A stretch of 64,000 bases of DNA from an uncultured virus (IMG/VR IMGVR_UViG_3300028805_000105) (Duplodnaviria > Heunggongvirae > Uroviricota > Caudoviricetes), in IMG/VR virus record IMGVR_UViG_3300028805_000105. One strand, 5' to 3'. Under the pieces are notes generated by a model that worked only from the letters and a program-made list of their open reading frames with translations, had not been told where the DNA came from and ran no database searches. Shown here in pieces: positions 28,515 through 37,340 of this stretch; the first letter of the stretch is position 1, and the number at the start of each line of letters is the position of its first letter. Position numbers and translations under genes: made by a program.

Positions 28515-28820
28515 ATGGCCGAAGTAGTGAAAAAAGCAACCATGCGAAACCCAGCGTTTTGGGTTTGCCTCATATTAAGTATTGGTCTAATCGTGGCGGG
28601 GTTCTGTACGCCGCCACTGGCAAAGATTGACGGCAGTATCTTGACTGCCGTCGGTTTGCTGTTTGCGTTCGCCACACTTGAAGTGGCGCACATTGCCATC
28701 CGCAAGGGTCTTGATGCCAAGGTCAAGCACGGCAAGACCGAAGTGACCGTTGGCGACCTCAACAAAGACGAAACCACAGAAACACCGCAAGACTATGAAC
28801 AAGAATCAGAAGAAAACTAA
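28515..28820 (+). CDS. Holin
   Basis: 101 aa, two TM helices around PPLAKIDGSIL, charged tail; precedes the endolysin. Confidence 0.7.
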   Translation: MAEVVKKATMRNPAFWVCLILSIGLIVAGFCTPPLAKIDGSILTAVGLLFAFATLEVAHIAIRKGLDAKVKHGKTEVTVGDLNKDETTETPQDYEQESEEN

Positions 28821-29307
28821 CATCGGCCTTGTGGCGTACTGCAAGGCTCAACTTGGCCGTCCGTATTGGTACGGCACATTCGGGCAGCTGGCGACAAAAG
28901 CCCTGCATGAGAACAGGAAAAAGGCGTACCCACGCTATTACACCGCAAAGGACTATCCCCAGCAATACGGGAAGAAGGTGCATGACTGCATCGGCCTGAT
29001 TAAGGGCTATATGTGGACGGACAATGCCGATTCAACCCGTTATGTCTATTGTGCCAACGGCTTCAGTGACATGAGCGCGGATATGTGCTACAACCACTGC
29101 AAGCGCAAGGGCCTCATTGATACCATCCCCGAGGTGCCAGGCATCGCTGTCTTTATGAAGGAGCATGTCGGCGTGTATATTGGTAACGGAGAAGTCATCG
29201 AAGCCCGTGGCCATGCCTATGGAGTGGTCAAGACCAAACTGAAAAACCGCCCGTGGACTAAGTGGGCCTACATTGACGAAATTGAGTATGTGGAATCGGA
29301 GGAATAA
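28795..29307 (+). CDS. Endolysin, NlpC/P60 peptidase
   Basis: LGRPYWYG, DCIGLI, HVGVYIGNGEVIEARG. Confidence 0.85.
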   Translation: MNKNQKKTNIGLVAYCKAQLGRPYWYGTFGQLATKALHENRKKAYPRYYTAKDYPQQYGKKVHDCIGLIKGYMWTDNADSTRYVYCANGFSDMSADMCYNHCKRKGLIDTIPEVPGIAVFMKEHVGVYIGNGEVIEARGHAYGVVKTKLKNRPWTKWAYIDEIEYVESEE

Positions 29308-29875
29308 GATAATAGCATTGGTGGTTCTTGTGCTTATCGTGCTGTTGGCAACCTTCTTCACAGGTTACCATGTGCGCGACAGGCAGATACAGCCACTCGT
29401 CCCCGATACGATTACAATCGACCATTGGGACACCACCTATATACCCTCGCCACCCGACACCATCAAGAGCGTGGAAGAAAAGCCCGTTCCTGTTCCTTAT
29501 TATATTAAGAACACTGATACGGTGCATGATTCCGTGCTTGTGGTACTGCCCTACGAGCATCATCATGCGCAGGTGGATAGCCTGTTAGATATATGGTATA
29601 GTGGTTATCAGGCGAAAATCGACAGCATTGTCGCATACAAACACCACACCACACAGATAATCAAACAGCCCTACGAGGTATCGAAGATGCCGAACCTTAC
29701 ACTTGACCTGGGCGCGGGAGCCATGTGGCACGAACAGGCCGTGAAGCCTTTCGCCGTCGGGAAGCTGAACCTGAACCGACCGCACACCACATTCACGGCC
29801 TTTGGTGCCGTCAATCCTGATGGGGATTGGGCGGCAGGGCTGACCGTTACCTACAGACTAACCCTAATTAAATGA
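29288..29875 (+). CDS. Spanin-like/lysis accessory membrane protein
   Basis: N-terminal TM, DTI/DTV repeats, beta-rich C-terminus. Confidence 0.55.
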   Translation: MWNRRNKIIALVVLVLIVLLATFFTGYHVRDRQIQPLVPDTITIDHWDTTYIPSPPDTIKSVEEKPVPVPYYIKNTDTVHDSVLVVLPYEHHHAQVDSLLDIWYSGYQAKIDSIVAYKHHTTQIIKQPYEVSKMPNLTLDLGAGAMWHEQAVKPFAVGKLNLNRPHTTFTAFGAVNPDGDWAAGLTVTYRLTLIK

Positions 29876-29878
29876 GAT

Positions 29879-30301
29879 ATGGCAACGATAACGATACAAA
29901 GAACGGCTATCAGGAACATCTTACACGCTGAAAGCACCAACGCATCACGGACTTTCCTCCGCAATGACGGCGTTTCAGACTTCGAAGAGATTGTGATTGA
30001 CAAACAGGCTGACGATTCGCTGAACGGCGCATGGAACGAGGCTTGCGCGAAGCTGAGGGAGAAGATGCACGAATTTCTGTCCGATTCAAGCGCGAACAAC
30101 GGCATGGCTCAATTTGACTTCATGGCCACCAGCGTACCCGACGGGGTAGAGGACAACATCAAGATGTTCATCGTGGACTGGATGATGGCCGACTGGCTGG
30201 CAAGCGTCAGGCCCGACTTCAGACAAAGGTATTTGGATCGCTGCACGACGCAGATGGATGACCTTTTGAGGAAGTTGTATAAGAAAGAACCGCCAGTTTA
30301 G
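29879..30301 (+). CDS. Adaptor/ring-like protein, paralog 6 (remote)
   Basis: MFIVDWMMADWL...PD...Y...LYKKEPP. Confidence 0.55.
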   Translation: MATITIQRTAIRNILHAESTNASRTFLRNDGVSDFEEIVIDKQADDSLNGAWNEACAKLREKMHEFLSDSSANNGMAQFDFMATSVPDGVEDNIKMFIVDWMMADWLASVRPDFRQRYLDRCTTQMDDLLRKLYKKEPPV

Positions 30302-30465
30302 GCTAACGATGGCTTTCAAGCCATTCCTTGGCTTTGTAGAAACCTTCCATTCCCTTGCCTAATGGCGGGGAAATGACTTCCCAAGTTTCTCCGTTGCGTT
30401 GCTCTACATGGTATTCGCTTTGCATATCGCACATGATTCGTAGCATGGCATTTCAATTTTTGTTG

Positions 30466-30591
30466 TTAAACGGTGTCACCTTTGGCGCGATGGTAGGCCG
30501 CAATCTTACAAAGTGCAAGGTTGGGATAGATGGTCGCGCCCCACTTCTTTGCCTTGGCGTGGCTATCAACGTCAATAAGTCCTATCCTCAT
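30466..30591 (-). pseudogene. Truncated second copy of the radical SAM gene N-terminus
   Basis: MRIGLIDVDSHAKAKKWGATIYPNLALCKIAAYHR versus MRIGLLDIDSHAKVKKWGATIYPNLALCKIAAYHR at 34917. Confidence 0.85.
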
Positions 30592-30953
30592 AACTCTATT
30601 TCGGTGATGGTGATTTCTACGCGAGGGTTGTTCTTATCCACGAACTTATAGGCGTGTATCTCCGTGCATTGGCGGTCATTCTTGATTACCTTGCAGGTTT
30701 GCAGGCAGTCAAGAAGGATTTTCATGGCATTGTCAAGGTCGGGGCGGTTGTTCTCATGGAACACTTTTATTTCGATGGAGAAGTAACCGCCAATCATGGC
30801 ACCACGGCATGGGCATTGCAGGTAAAACAGTTTTTCGTACTCCTTCAGCGGGTTCTGCTTTGCCAGCGAAGCGTGTCCTGCAATGGTGATGATTTTATAG
30901 CAGTTGGATTTTGACGGGACATGGCCCTGAATGGTCATTTTGTATTGGCTCAT
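30588..30953 (-). CDS. rusA: RusA-family Holliday junction resolvase
   Basis: PSKSN, RPDLDNAMKILLD, IKNDRQ, NPRVEI. Confidence 0.85.
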   Translation of the reverse strand: MSQYKMTIQGHVPSKSNCYKIITIAGHASLAKQNPLKEYEKLFYLQCPCRGAMIGGYFSIEIKVFHENNRPDLDNAMKILLDCLQTCKVIKNDRQCTEIHAYKFVDKNNPRVEITITEIEL

Positions 30954-31426
30954 AAGTATCTAAATTTGGTAAAATGAATGATGGCCATTGGTTTGGTGAG
31001 GTCGTAACTCCTAAACCAGTCAAGCCAGTCTGCCAAGAACAAGCCGTCGTTTTTGGCGAGGGTGTTCATTGATACAGGCAAAAGGATTTCGTTTGGTTGG
31101 AATAGGTTAGGCGGCAACACGATTCTTGGTTTGCTGATGTCGCCGTCAAGGAATATGAGACGCTGAACGCCTATCATGTCGGAAGCGGTCAAGTCTTTGA
31201 TAAGTTCCTGTTTGCTGTAATATGGTTTGTCCGACCATTGCCGAAGCGATAAGACCGCTTCGCCAGCAAGGATGTTCTCAAATCTGTTTTCCCACAGTTC
31301 ACAGCTGGCCCTGATGGTGTGGATTTTCTCGCCTTCTTCGTACAACTGCCTGAAGTTGGTGGGATTCCCGTGTTGCTGGTGCTTGGATGGAAAAACTTTT
31401 GAAAGGGTAATCGTATAGGTTTTCAT
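30950..31426 (-). CDS. Hypothetical protein (ASCH/PUA-like)
   Basis: KIHTIR...LSLRQW...LAKNDG...IIHFT. Confidence 0.6.
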   Translation of the reverse strand: MKTYTITLSKVFPSKHQQHGNPTNFRQLYEEGEKIHTIRASCELWENRFENILAGEAVLSLRQWSDKPYYSKQELIKDLTASDMIGVQRLIFLDGDISKPRIVLPPNLFQPNEILLPVSMNTLAKNDGLFLADWLDWFRSYDLTKPMAIIHFTKFRYL

Positions 31427-31482
31427 TGTTTGAACTTTTTATGGTCCAGCATGTGGTTGTTTTGCTTTACGAAATCGGTTGG

Positions 31483-31887
31483 CTAGTACTTGGCGGCTTG
31501 GCGTTGCGCGTCGCGCATCTTGGCGCGGTAACGCTCCGCATAGTCAGGTGTCCAGTTCTTTGCTTTTACGAGAATCACGGTCTTGCTGTCTATACGTACA
31601 GAAATAAGTGCGTCAGGGTTTTCCCTGCCTTTTGCCCGTGCCTCTATTTGCTCCATCTTCTCGTCGAAGTCGGTGCAAACTGCACGGAGCATTTCGCGGG
31701 CTTCAGGCGTGTTGGCGTGGTTGTCGTCAAACAGGAGCCATCCTTTGCACGGTATGCCGGTGTTGAGCCTACGCAAGGCGTAGGCTTGCGTTATGTCGAG
31801 CTTTCGGACCAGTTCACGCGAAGAGGCGAAATGATGCCGTTCCGCATCTGGGATTCGAAATGCTGTAATTGGCTTTGGCTGTTTCAT
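31483..31887 (-). CDS. Hypothetical protein
   Basis: 134 aa, coupled to the upstream gene. Confidence 0.6.
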   Translation of the reverse strand: MKQPKPITAFRIPDAERHHFASSRELVRKLDITQAYALRRLNTGIPCKGWLLFDDNHANTPEAREMLRAVCTDFDEKMEQIEARAKGRENPDALISVRIDSKTVILVKAKNWTPDYAERYRAKMRDAQRQAAKY

Positions 31888-32639
31888 TGCTCACCTCCTT
31901 TCCATACCTTCGGCCATTCCTGACAAATCTTGCCGTCAATCAGGCATCCGTTTTCATTCTTGTTTCGTTTCAAGCCATCTTCGCCCCAAGTGCCCCATTG
32001 CTTGAAAAAGAATGCCACATTTTGCTCCTCACATTGGCGCATGATGTTCAACACCCAATCCTTGCGCATCTGCCTGCCTTGTGGTCCACTTTCTCCACCA
32101 ACAATGACCCAATCAATGCCTTGAAGGTTAAGTGCGCCCAAATCGCCTAAAAGAGGCTCACACGATAGGAACTTTACATTTGGCACTGGCATAAGTTGAA
32201 GTGCGGATTTTCTCCATAAGTAATCGAAACTTTCAATGGTAGTGCCAAGCCAGACATTGCCCGGAATGCGGTATCCCGAGCAGAAGAAATACGCTCTCAT
32301 CCTATCAGTCCGTTTGGTCAGCAATTGGTAGGTGTGTTGTGGAGTTGCTTCGATGGTTCTCATTACTTGGTCGATGAATCCAAAAGGCACATCATTGTGG
32401 AAAAGATCGGCCATCGAGCAGACAAAGAACATACTCGGTTCTTTTATTTTCTTTGGCTCATTCAGGGCTTCGGGATGAAGGGTCAGGGTGAAACCGTTAG
32501 CATAGCGTTTTTGCCCCATACCTTGCAGCCGTTTGGCCATGACCTCGGCATAGCAATGGCGGCAGCCCTCGGAAATCTTGGAACACCCAGTTATTGGATT
32601 CCATGTGCGTTCAGTCCACGCGATTTTAGTCTTGTTCAT
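31884..32639 (-). CDS. DUF5131 / phage Gp37-Gp68 family protein
   Basis: TWNPITGCSKISEGCRHCYA, SMADLFH, LTKR, SCEPLLG, WVIVGGESG, FFFKQWG. Confidence 0.9.
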   Translation of the reverse strand: MNKTKIAWTERTWNPITGCSKISEGCRHCYAEVMAKRLQGMGQKRYANGFTLTLHPEALNEPKKIKEPSMFFVCSMADLFHNDVPFGFIDQVMRTIEATPQHTYQLLTKRTDRMRAYFFCSGYRIPGNVWLGTTIESFDYLWRKSALQLMPVPNVKFLSCEPLLGDLGALNLQGIDWVIVGGESGPQGRQMRKDWVLNIMRQCEEQNVAFFFKQWGTWGEDGLKRNKNENGCLIDGKICQEWPKVWKGGEQ

Positions 32640-32926
32640 GGCTGCTCCTCCATAATTACCAAATCAAAGTCGTCGTCCTTATCCTCGTAGAGCCTACCGT
32701 CGGCATGGTAGAGGACCATGTTTGGTTCGATATGTGTCTTTACGTGCTTGTTCCGCAGACGGCGTTTGCGCCTGCGTCTTTCATTCTCTACAACAATTTC
32801 CATCACCACGGCGGCGATGGGGAACTCTTCTATTCCAGTGTCGTAGGATATTTTGGTCACCTTGAAGCCGCAGCGTGTTTGGATGATGCCGCCCTGCTTC
32901 GCTCTTTCAATGCTGAATTGCTCCAT
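32636..32926 (-). CDS. Hypothetical protein
   Basis: FSIERAKQG..IQTRCG...DL pattern. Confidence 0.6.
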   Translation of the reverse strand: MEQFSIERAKQGGIIQTRCGFKVTKISYDTGIEEFPIAAVVMEIVVENERRRRKRRLRNKHVKTHIEPNMVLYHADGRLYEDKDDDFDLVIMEEQP

Positions 32927-33107
32927 CTTGATTCTTGTTTTTAGGTTTGTAGTTCGCGAGATACTCGTCTATCTCCTTGCCGATAACCATTTTGCGCAGC
33001 TCGTAGTTTTCGCGTCCAAGGCGATAGACGGTTTTCTCCAAATCCGACACGCGGCGTTTGAGGTTTAGTATCTCCGAGTGTAGCCTGTCGTAGTTAGCAT
33101 CGGCCAT
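32907..33107 (-). CDS. Small coiled-coil protein
   Basis: MADANYDRL... 66 aa, in-operon. Confidence 0.55.
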   Translation of the reverse strand: MADANYDRLHSEILNLKRRVSDLEKTVYRLGRENYELRKMVIGKEIDEYLANYKPKNKNQDGAIQH

Positions 33108-33477
33108 TCTTGCGGTATTTGATGAGTTCGTCCCAGTCCAAGTCCTCCTTGCCGAGTTGCCTCTTGACACGCTCGACGATGCCACCGTACTCGTTGGGCA
33201 GGCATTGCTTCACGGTGTCGTGGAATGCCTTGAGTGCGCCAGCCGATGTAACGGGGCCAGTGAGCTTGCGTATCTTGAACTTGATTTGTTTTAGGTTGAG
33301 TTCGTTGGCCTTCGCGTACTTGTAAAGGCGTTCGGGAACATTCTCGATGCCGCCGTAGTCGGTTTCCATCTGACCAAGCGACAGTTCAAACTGGTGTTGC
33401 CATTCCTTGAGCTGCTGTACATCGCAACAGGCTTCTATCTCCTCGCGCTTGGCGGGGAAGTTGTAGATTCGTCCCAT
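33094..33477 (-). CDS. Hypothetical protein
   Basis: In-operon ORF. Confidence 0.6.
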   Translation of the reverse strand: MGRIYNFPAKREEIEACCDVQQLKEWQHQFELSLGQMETDYGGIENVPERLYKYAKANELNLKQIKFKIRKLTGPVTSAGALKAFHDTVKQCLPNEYGGIVERVKRQLGKEDLDWDELIKYRKNGRC

Positions 33478-33554
33478 TTCTATTGTATCTTTCTGATTTC
33501 TGAAATTATTGAACATTGTGAATTTTTAGCCGCCACCGACAAGCAGTGGCGGCG

Positions 33555-33917
33555 TTAATCAAAAGGGAGATCCGTTTCTTCCTCCTCTGTCGGTTGGTTG
33601 ATAGGCGGCAGCGGCTTGTCGAAGTCGTGTTGCGGCGGTGCTGCCTGCGCTCCTTCGGCCTCTATGCCGAAGCCGTTGCAGTTGGTGTACCACTTGCCGT
33701 TAAACTCACGGCTGCTTACATCGAACTTGACGATGCAGACGGAGCCAATAGGAATCTTGGTGACTTCCTCAAGTTTGGTGTTGAAGAAGTCAACGGCGAT
33801 GGTCTTTGTGAATTGCTCTTGGGTTTCAAATACCGCAGTGGCTTTGCGCCACGGCCCTTTTGCAGAAGTGCCTTCGGCGGCATTGCAAATGCTGATTAAC
33901 TTTGCTGTAACTTCCAT
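33555..33917 (-). CDS. DUF3127 family OB-fold ssDNA-binding-like protein
   Basis: GTSAKGPWRK, SREFNGKWYT, acidic DLPF tail. Confidence 0.85.
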   Translation of the reverse strand: MEVTAKLISICNAAEGTSAKGPWRKATAVFETQEQFTKTIAVDFFNTKLEEVTKIPIGSVCIVKFDVSSREFNGKWYTNCNGFGIEAEGAQAAPPQHDFDKPLPPINQPTEEEETDLPFD

Positions 33918-33921
33918 TGTG

Positions 33922-34917
33922 TTATGTGTTTAAGTGATGTTTGTATTCTCTGCATTTGAAGCCTTTGCGCGGCTCGAAGTCGTCAAAGGATGTTTTTTGA
34001 AATATTTGGTGTTTGTTTACCCATTGCGCCATATCCTTTTGCCATTTTGGTATCGGTCGCTTCGGGTCGTCAGGATCGCGGTATGGTTGTGCGTATGGAA
34101 AAACATCCGCAAGATGTTGTTCTCTATACCGTTGCTGTTTCTCCCACCAATAGCGCAGGCGGTTGTAGCATTCCTCAAAGTCGTCATTGAGCATTGTGTA
34201 GAGGAAGAAATGTCCCGTGAAGCCGTAGCCTACAATCATTTCCATAGCCCTTTCACAGTCCTCAATCTGCTTATGAGTATCGCAACCAAACCTGATACAA
34301 TTATGGTTGAGCCACTTGACTTGTGCGAGCTGCTTGGCAAAATCCTCGTCAACCAATCTCGCGTCAAGAGCCTGGTTGAAATCAATCCTAAGTCCAAGGT
34401 GTATCGCCTTATCAATCTGCTCATGTGCGTAGTCACCTGCTGCAAGTATGTTGTTGTCCATAAGGACGAGTTTCTTCTTTCCGTTGGCGACTCTTTCAAT
34501 GTCCCAATAAGGTCGGATGGCTCCTTCTTTTCTTGGCACCACACACCAACGGCACTTGTTCGGACAGCCTCTGGTGAGGAAGCCGTATGATATGTCGGAT
34601 GGTACACTCGGATAGATGGAATAGTCAGGCTGGCAGTCATCAATTTCCTCTGATAATCGAGAAGTGATGTCGTACCCAGTCCCTCCACGGATTTCTTGGT
34701 CAGTGTCGTAGGTTCTGTCGTCATCGGGTGTGAAGTTGAATATCTTGCTGCGATAGATAATGTCGTAATGTTCAAACAGCGGCATAGCCCATTCCATCGT
34801 GTCGCCTCGCTGACGATGGTAGGCGGCTATCTTGCACAAGGCAAGGTTGGGGTAGATGGTCGCTCCCCACTTCTTCACCTTGGCGTGGCTGTCGATGTCA
34901 AGTAGTCCGATTCTCAT
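33922..34917 (-). CDS. Radical SAM protein
   Basis: TRGCPNKCRWC (CxxxCxxC), DNNIL, DFNQALDAR; start MRIGLL. Confidence 0.88.
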   Translation of the reverse strand: MRIGLLDIDSHAKVKKWGATIYPNLALCKIAAYHRQRGDTMEWAMPLFEHYDIIYRSKIFNFTPDDDRTYDTDQEIRGGTGYDITSRLSEEIDDCQPDYSIYPSVPSDISYGFLTRGCPNKCRWCVVPRKEGAIRPYWDIERVANGKKKLVLMDNNILAAGDYAHEQIDKAIHLGLRIDFNQALDARLVDEDFAKQLAQVKWLNHNCIRFGCDTHKQIEDCERAMEMIVGYGFTGHFFLYTMLNDDFEECYNRLRYWWEKQQRYREQHLADVFPYAQPYRDPDDPKRPIPKWQKDMAQWVNKHQIFQKTSFDDFEPRKGFKCREYKHHLNT

Positions 34918-35147
34918 AGATTGTTTCTCAAATAGTCCATTGCCATCACATGTTCTGCTTTCACGAAAACAAAAGGACGGTCGCCGTGGCAATCGTCCTT
35001 CATCTTGCAGTAGTTCGGGGCCAGCTGGCATACGCGGCACTGCTGGTCGTCGTCGGTAGGGAAGAAGTCGGCTGGTCGTTCCCTGTATTCCACGGCGATA
35101 TAATGGTTGCCGAAAAACTCCACCGTGTCGTTAATCTTCGTTGCCAT
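34914..35147 (-). CDS. Small Cys-containing protein
   Basis: CRVC...C...C; in-operon. Confidence 0.55.
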   Translation of the reverse strand: MATKINDTVEFFGNHYIAVEYRERPADFFPTDDDQQCRVCQLAPNYCKMKDDCHGDRPFVFVKAEHVMAMDYLRNNL

Positions 35148-35466
35148 CAGTAGCCTCCTTTCCTTCTTTGTCCGCATCGGCGGCTATGGACGCAGGGTCG
35201 AAGCCGGTCATGTCGAGGACGAGCTTACGGAGTTTTGAGCCGAGAAATTCGGCGCGTTCCTCGTCGATGAGGCCTTTCTTGATTCCGACATTGGAACAGA
35301 CATGCTGGAATATCAGCGTGGCGTTCATGATGTCAGTAGGGAAATAGTTAAGGTTGACCGCCCATTGGTCTGCATCGGCCAACAGGCAGATGTCGGCATA
35401 GGTCTTGATGCCGTCGCGGATGTGTTGGTTGATTTCCGCTATTTGGTTTTGTTGTTCGTCTGTCAT
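35131..35466 (-). CDS. Hypothetical protein
   Basis: MTDEQQ... start overlaps the stop of the ATPase gene. Confidence 0.6.
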   Translation of the reverse strand: MTDEQQNQIAEINQHIRDGIKTYADICLLADADQWAVNLNYFPTDIMNATLIFQHVCSNVGIKKGLIDEERAEFLGSKLRKLVLDMTGFDPASIAADADKEGKEATDGNED

Positions 35467-36173
35467 TTCCTGAAAGATTGTCCGTTGAATGGTATGGTTG
35501 CAAACATTTCGCTGAAGCGGTCGGCAAGTCGGGTGCCGTACCTCTTTCGTATTTCCTCGTTGCCGAGGTTGGTAGATACGATGGTGCAAAGCTGGCGGTC
35601 GTAGCGTTCGCAAAACAAGTCAATGAGCGGCTCGCTGACATTGCCGAAAGACTTAGATTCCATCGGCTCAACGCCAAGCTCGTCGATGGCCATCAAAGCC
35701 ACCTTCGTCATCTTCTCGTAAGTGGGCCGCGACTGCGGGTCTACATAATCGTTGATAACACTCTTTGCCTTGACAATTTTGATGCAATTGTAATTGTCAA
35801 GTGTTTCTTCCTTTTTCCCGTTTTCGTAGGTGTCGCGTTCGCAGACCTCGTTGATGGTAGCGCAGATGGCACGGAGCAATGTGGTCTTGCCCGTGCCAAC
35901 CTTGCCGAAGAGCAGAAGCCCGGGGCGCTTTTGCGGATTGCAAAGCCACTTGGCCACATCGCCAATGTTCTGCTTCAGTTCCTCGTCCAACTGCTTGTAA
36001 TTCTCGGGCTGGATGCGTGAAAGCACCTCGGCCTTGTATTTCACCCCCAGCATCGTCTTTACCAACTCGCAGTCGTAAGGCAGGTAGAAGCGCGACGGAG
36101 CCACGGTGTTGTTGTTTCGCTCAATGGCTTTGTCGATGATGGTTTTGAGGTCAATGTTCTTTTTCGCTTTCAT
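35463..36173 (-). CDS. DnaC/IstB-like helicase loader ATPase
   Basis: GKVGTGKT, IDELG, ERY, STNL, RYGTRLADR. Confidence 0.88.
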   Translation of the reverse strand: MKAKKNIDLKTIIDKAIERNNNTVAPSRFYLPYDCELVKTMLGVKYKAEVLSRIQPENYKQLDEELKQNIGDVAKWLCNPQKRPGLLLFGKVGTGKTTLLRAICATINEVCERDTYENGKKEETLDNYNCIKIVKAKSVINDYVDPQSRPTYEKMTKVALMAIDELGVEPMESKSFGNVSEPLIDLFCERYDRQLCTIVSTNLGNEEIRKRYGTRLADRFSEMFATIPFNGQSFRK

Positions 36174-36175
36174 GG

Positions 36176-36883
36176 TTACATTTTTCGTTCAAACTCGTTT
36201 CCCAAGGTGCTGTCGCCCTTGTAATTGTCATTGTTGGTCGGTTGGTCTTTGAGTGCGAAGAATCCCGACCAGTTGTTTGCCATAGCCTCGTCAATGATCG
36301 CCTTGGCGGTTTCAATGTTGCCGCCAGACAAGTTGCGGAGTTTTGTTTTCATCCTTTCGATTGACATTTGGCCTTTGTAGGTTTGGCCTCGTTGCTTTTT
36401 GTACTCCAGCCACACATCAAACAACACATCCCAATCGCTTTTTTCTTCTTTTTTATAAGAAGTTATTAATTTCTTTCCTTCTTCTATTATTGGTGTGTTG
36501 CTCGTGTGTTGCTCGTGTGTTGCTTGAATGTTACCTTGTGTGTTAATTGGTGTGTTGCTCTTTTTTTCTACAAGTTGGTAAGTGTCATATTTGCAGATTG
36601 TTATAATGGAATATTCGTGTGTTGTTTTCTGTGTTATTTCGTGTGTTGATTTTAGCCTTTCCAAACAAGTGCGCAATTTTTGCTTGGATAATCCAGTTTC
36701 GGCGGACAACTCATTCAAGCTGGTCTTGAACGACCCTCTCGGGATGGTTTTCCCGCGATATTTCTTGTCCGTCAAGTTGGCGTTAAGCAGCAGGTGAATC
36801 CACAGCGCGACCATATTGGGATCGTCTGCCCATTCCCATTCAAGCAGCTTGCGGTGTATTTTTATCCATCCGTTATTATCCAT
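36176..36883 (-). CDS. Replication initiator (replisome organiser)
   Basis: GWIKIHRKLLEWEW, HTH-like core, iteron-encoding linker, next to the loader. Confidence 0.82.
   Translation of the reverse strand: MDNNGWIKIHRKLLEWEWADDPNMVALWIHLLLNANLTDKKYRGKTIPRGSFKTSLNELSAETGLSKQKLRTCLERLKSTHEITQKTTHEYSIITICKYDTYQLVEKKSNTPINTQGNIQATHEQHTSNTPIIEEGKKLITSYKKEEKSDWDVLFDVWLEYKKQRGQTYKGQMSIERMKTKLRNLSGGNIETAKAIIDEAMANNWSGFFALKDQPTNNDNYKGDSTLGNEFERKM
36492..36650. repeat. Iteron-like repeats (AACACAC core), putative replication origin
   Basis: GTGTGTTGCT three times in tandem plus further GTGTGTT copies, next to an A/T-rich tract. Confidence 0.65.
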
Positions 36884-36887
36884 GTGA

Positions 36888-37340
36888 CTATCTGCAATCT
36901 TTTAGTTTGGCATTGTATTCATCCTCAAATTCAGACCAAGCGGGATCGTCGGGCGAGGGGAGCGTGATACCCAATTCCGTGGCCGCGTCTGAATGTACGC
37001 GGTTGAGAAAGTCTGTAAAGGCTTGCGTGGAAAGTGTCGAGGTGTGTCCCCCGACCCTCGTCAAAACTCCTGTGGAAAGGTCGACCACATCTCTTGGCAG
37101 GAACTTGAGGCAATAATAGTCGTGTATGTCTTGTGCGGGTTGTCCCGTTTCCGATTCAAGGCAGGCGAACCAGAGCCACATCAGGCGGTTTTGGGCAATG
37201 GAGCGTTTGCGCACGGCTTTCTTCAAAACAAGCGCGTGGCGACCGTTCATCAGCCATTTGAGGTTTCGGTCAACCCATGCGTGAAGTGCCTCCACATCGT
37301 CTATTTTGCCGTTGATTTTTGAAAATTCAATCTGTTTCAT
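36888..37340 (-). CDS. NinB/Orf-like recombination protein
   Basis: RSIAQNRLMW, TSTLST..FTDFL, GITLP. Confidence 0.75.
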   Translation of the reverse strand: MKQIEFSKINGKIDDVEALHAWVDRNLKWLMNGRHALVLKKAVRKRSIAQNRLMWLWFACLESETGQPAQDIHDYYCLKFLPRDVVDLSTGVLTRVGGHTSTLSTQAFTDFLNRVHSDAATELGITLPSPDDPAWSEFEDEYNAKLKDCR

